A DNA stretch of 64,000 nt from NCBI RefSeq assembly GCF_048593235.1, contig NC_133618.1, positions 628,636,889 through 628,700,888 of the forward strand, in the 5' to 3' direction. Positions 63,041 to 64,000 of this stretch are shown here, in pieces; position 1 is the first letter of the stretch; the number at the start of each line of letters is the position of its first letter. This DNA is from Sminthopsis crassicaudata. Lineage: Eukaryota. The position numbers and the translations under genes are program-made. A model generated the notes under the pieces. The model was not told where the DNA came from. It made no database searches and worked only from the letters and a program-made list of their open reading frames with translations.

Positions 63041-64000
63041 ATGATCCCTTGAAAATATGGCTTCTAAGGGGTTGATTTTCAAGGTCAGAAACCAACATGG
63101 GCAAAAGGGAACCCTACAATACCTCAATTCTTCACTTTCCATCCCTTATAGGGATCAATCTCTGATCTTAAGGGCCTCTAGAGATTGAGAAATCTTTAAA
63201 GCCCCTTTGATTTCTCAAAATCCTCAAAGATTCCCAAATCAATCCAGGATTCCTCATTGAATCCTGACTGGTCACATAAAAGAATGAGATTATGACAGAA
63301 GACAGGATCTACCTTTTCCCCAGCTATTTGTTATTTCCAAGAAAGGCTCTTCAGGTTCAGAGCAATAGGATTTAGGGGCTGATGACTGAATCAAATCATC
63401 AGAGGTCTGACGCTTGAGCCTGCAAAGATTTTTAAAGTTTCTAGAGTCACACACAAAGTGCATTATTCTTGCACTGGGTTTTATTGATTATGCCCTATTT
63501 CTTTCAACCATGAAAATCTTGGGTCTCAGGAACATCCAAATTTGCTGAAAAATTCAAGATTCTCAGCTACATGTAGCTAGTTCTTCAGTGAAAAGTTTGT
63601 AGATTTACTTTTGGCTTGGAAGCATTCCTAATACCAGAACTATACAAAACATTAAGGTGGGCTGACGTACTTAAAGTTCAGAAGACCATAGGATTGAGAA
63701 TGGCAAAGGACCTTAGAGATCATCTCACTCAATGCCCTGACTTTTTCAGATGTGGAAATTGATTCAATGGAAACCAAATAACTTGCCATCAAAGGTCCTA
63801 CAGTAGGTACTCCAAATTTCAAATCCAATACTGCTGCCATTGTGCCTTATGGATTGATTCCTTTTTAAGGTGCTCTGATTAATAAACAGGTCTGAGAAAT
63901 AAAATTGCCTTTTAAGGGCACACAGGGGCAAGAAAAAGAATAAACCATTGCTTCATTTTTCAGGTCTCAGAAAACTTGCTTGAAACCCAACCCAACCAGA

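Noticed and set aside
63455-63475. AAAGTGCA...TGCACT hairpin resembling a miR-17-family seed
   Set aside because: Only a 6-bp stem; no ~60-70-nt pre-miRNA fold.

Overview
This 64-kb window is mammalian, almost certainly marsupial, non-coding DNA (intronic or intergenic). Young WSINE1-type SINEs, the L1 3'UTR type, Mar1 and MER63-like elements point to a dasyurid such as the Tasmanian devil (an inference from recalled repeat consensus sequences). A large share is ancient transposon debris: MIR/CORE-SINEs, L2, L3/CR1, L1 and hAT MITEs. There are also microsatellites and three N-gap regions. I could not recognise any protein-coding exon with certainty; most ORFs in the track are chance, repeat-derived, low-complexity or N-run artefacts. 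The main functional landmark is a ~1.45-kb CpG island (~25,010-26,470). It carries RFX X-box, E-box, forkhead and GC-box motifs, an embedded CpG-rich MIR, and a young L1 with a target-site duplication on its right edge. Other structure worth a second look: a 7 x 67-bp minisatellite born inside an L2 relic; two ~135-155-bp same-orientation copies placed 1.4-1.6 kb upstream of their donors; a 171-bp tandem duplication; and a ~600-bp TAC-type repeat grown from a MIR tail. There is also a speculative phase-compatible minus-strand exon chain starting in the CpG island. I found no evidence for a prokaryote-style system (operon, CRISPR). Repeat family names are from memory of consensus motifs, and boundaries are approximate unless TSDs or TIRs are cited.
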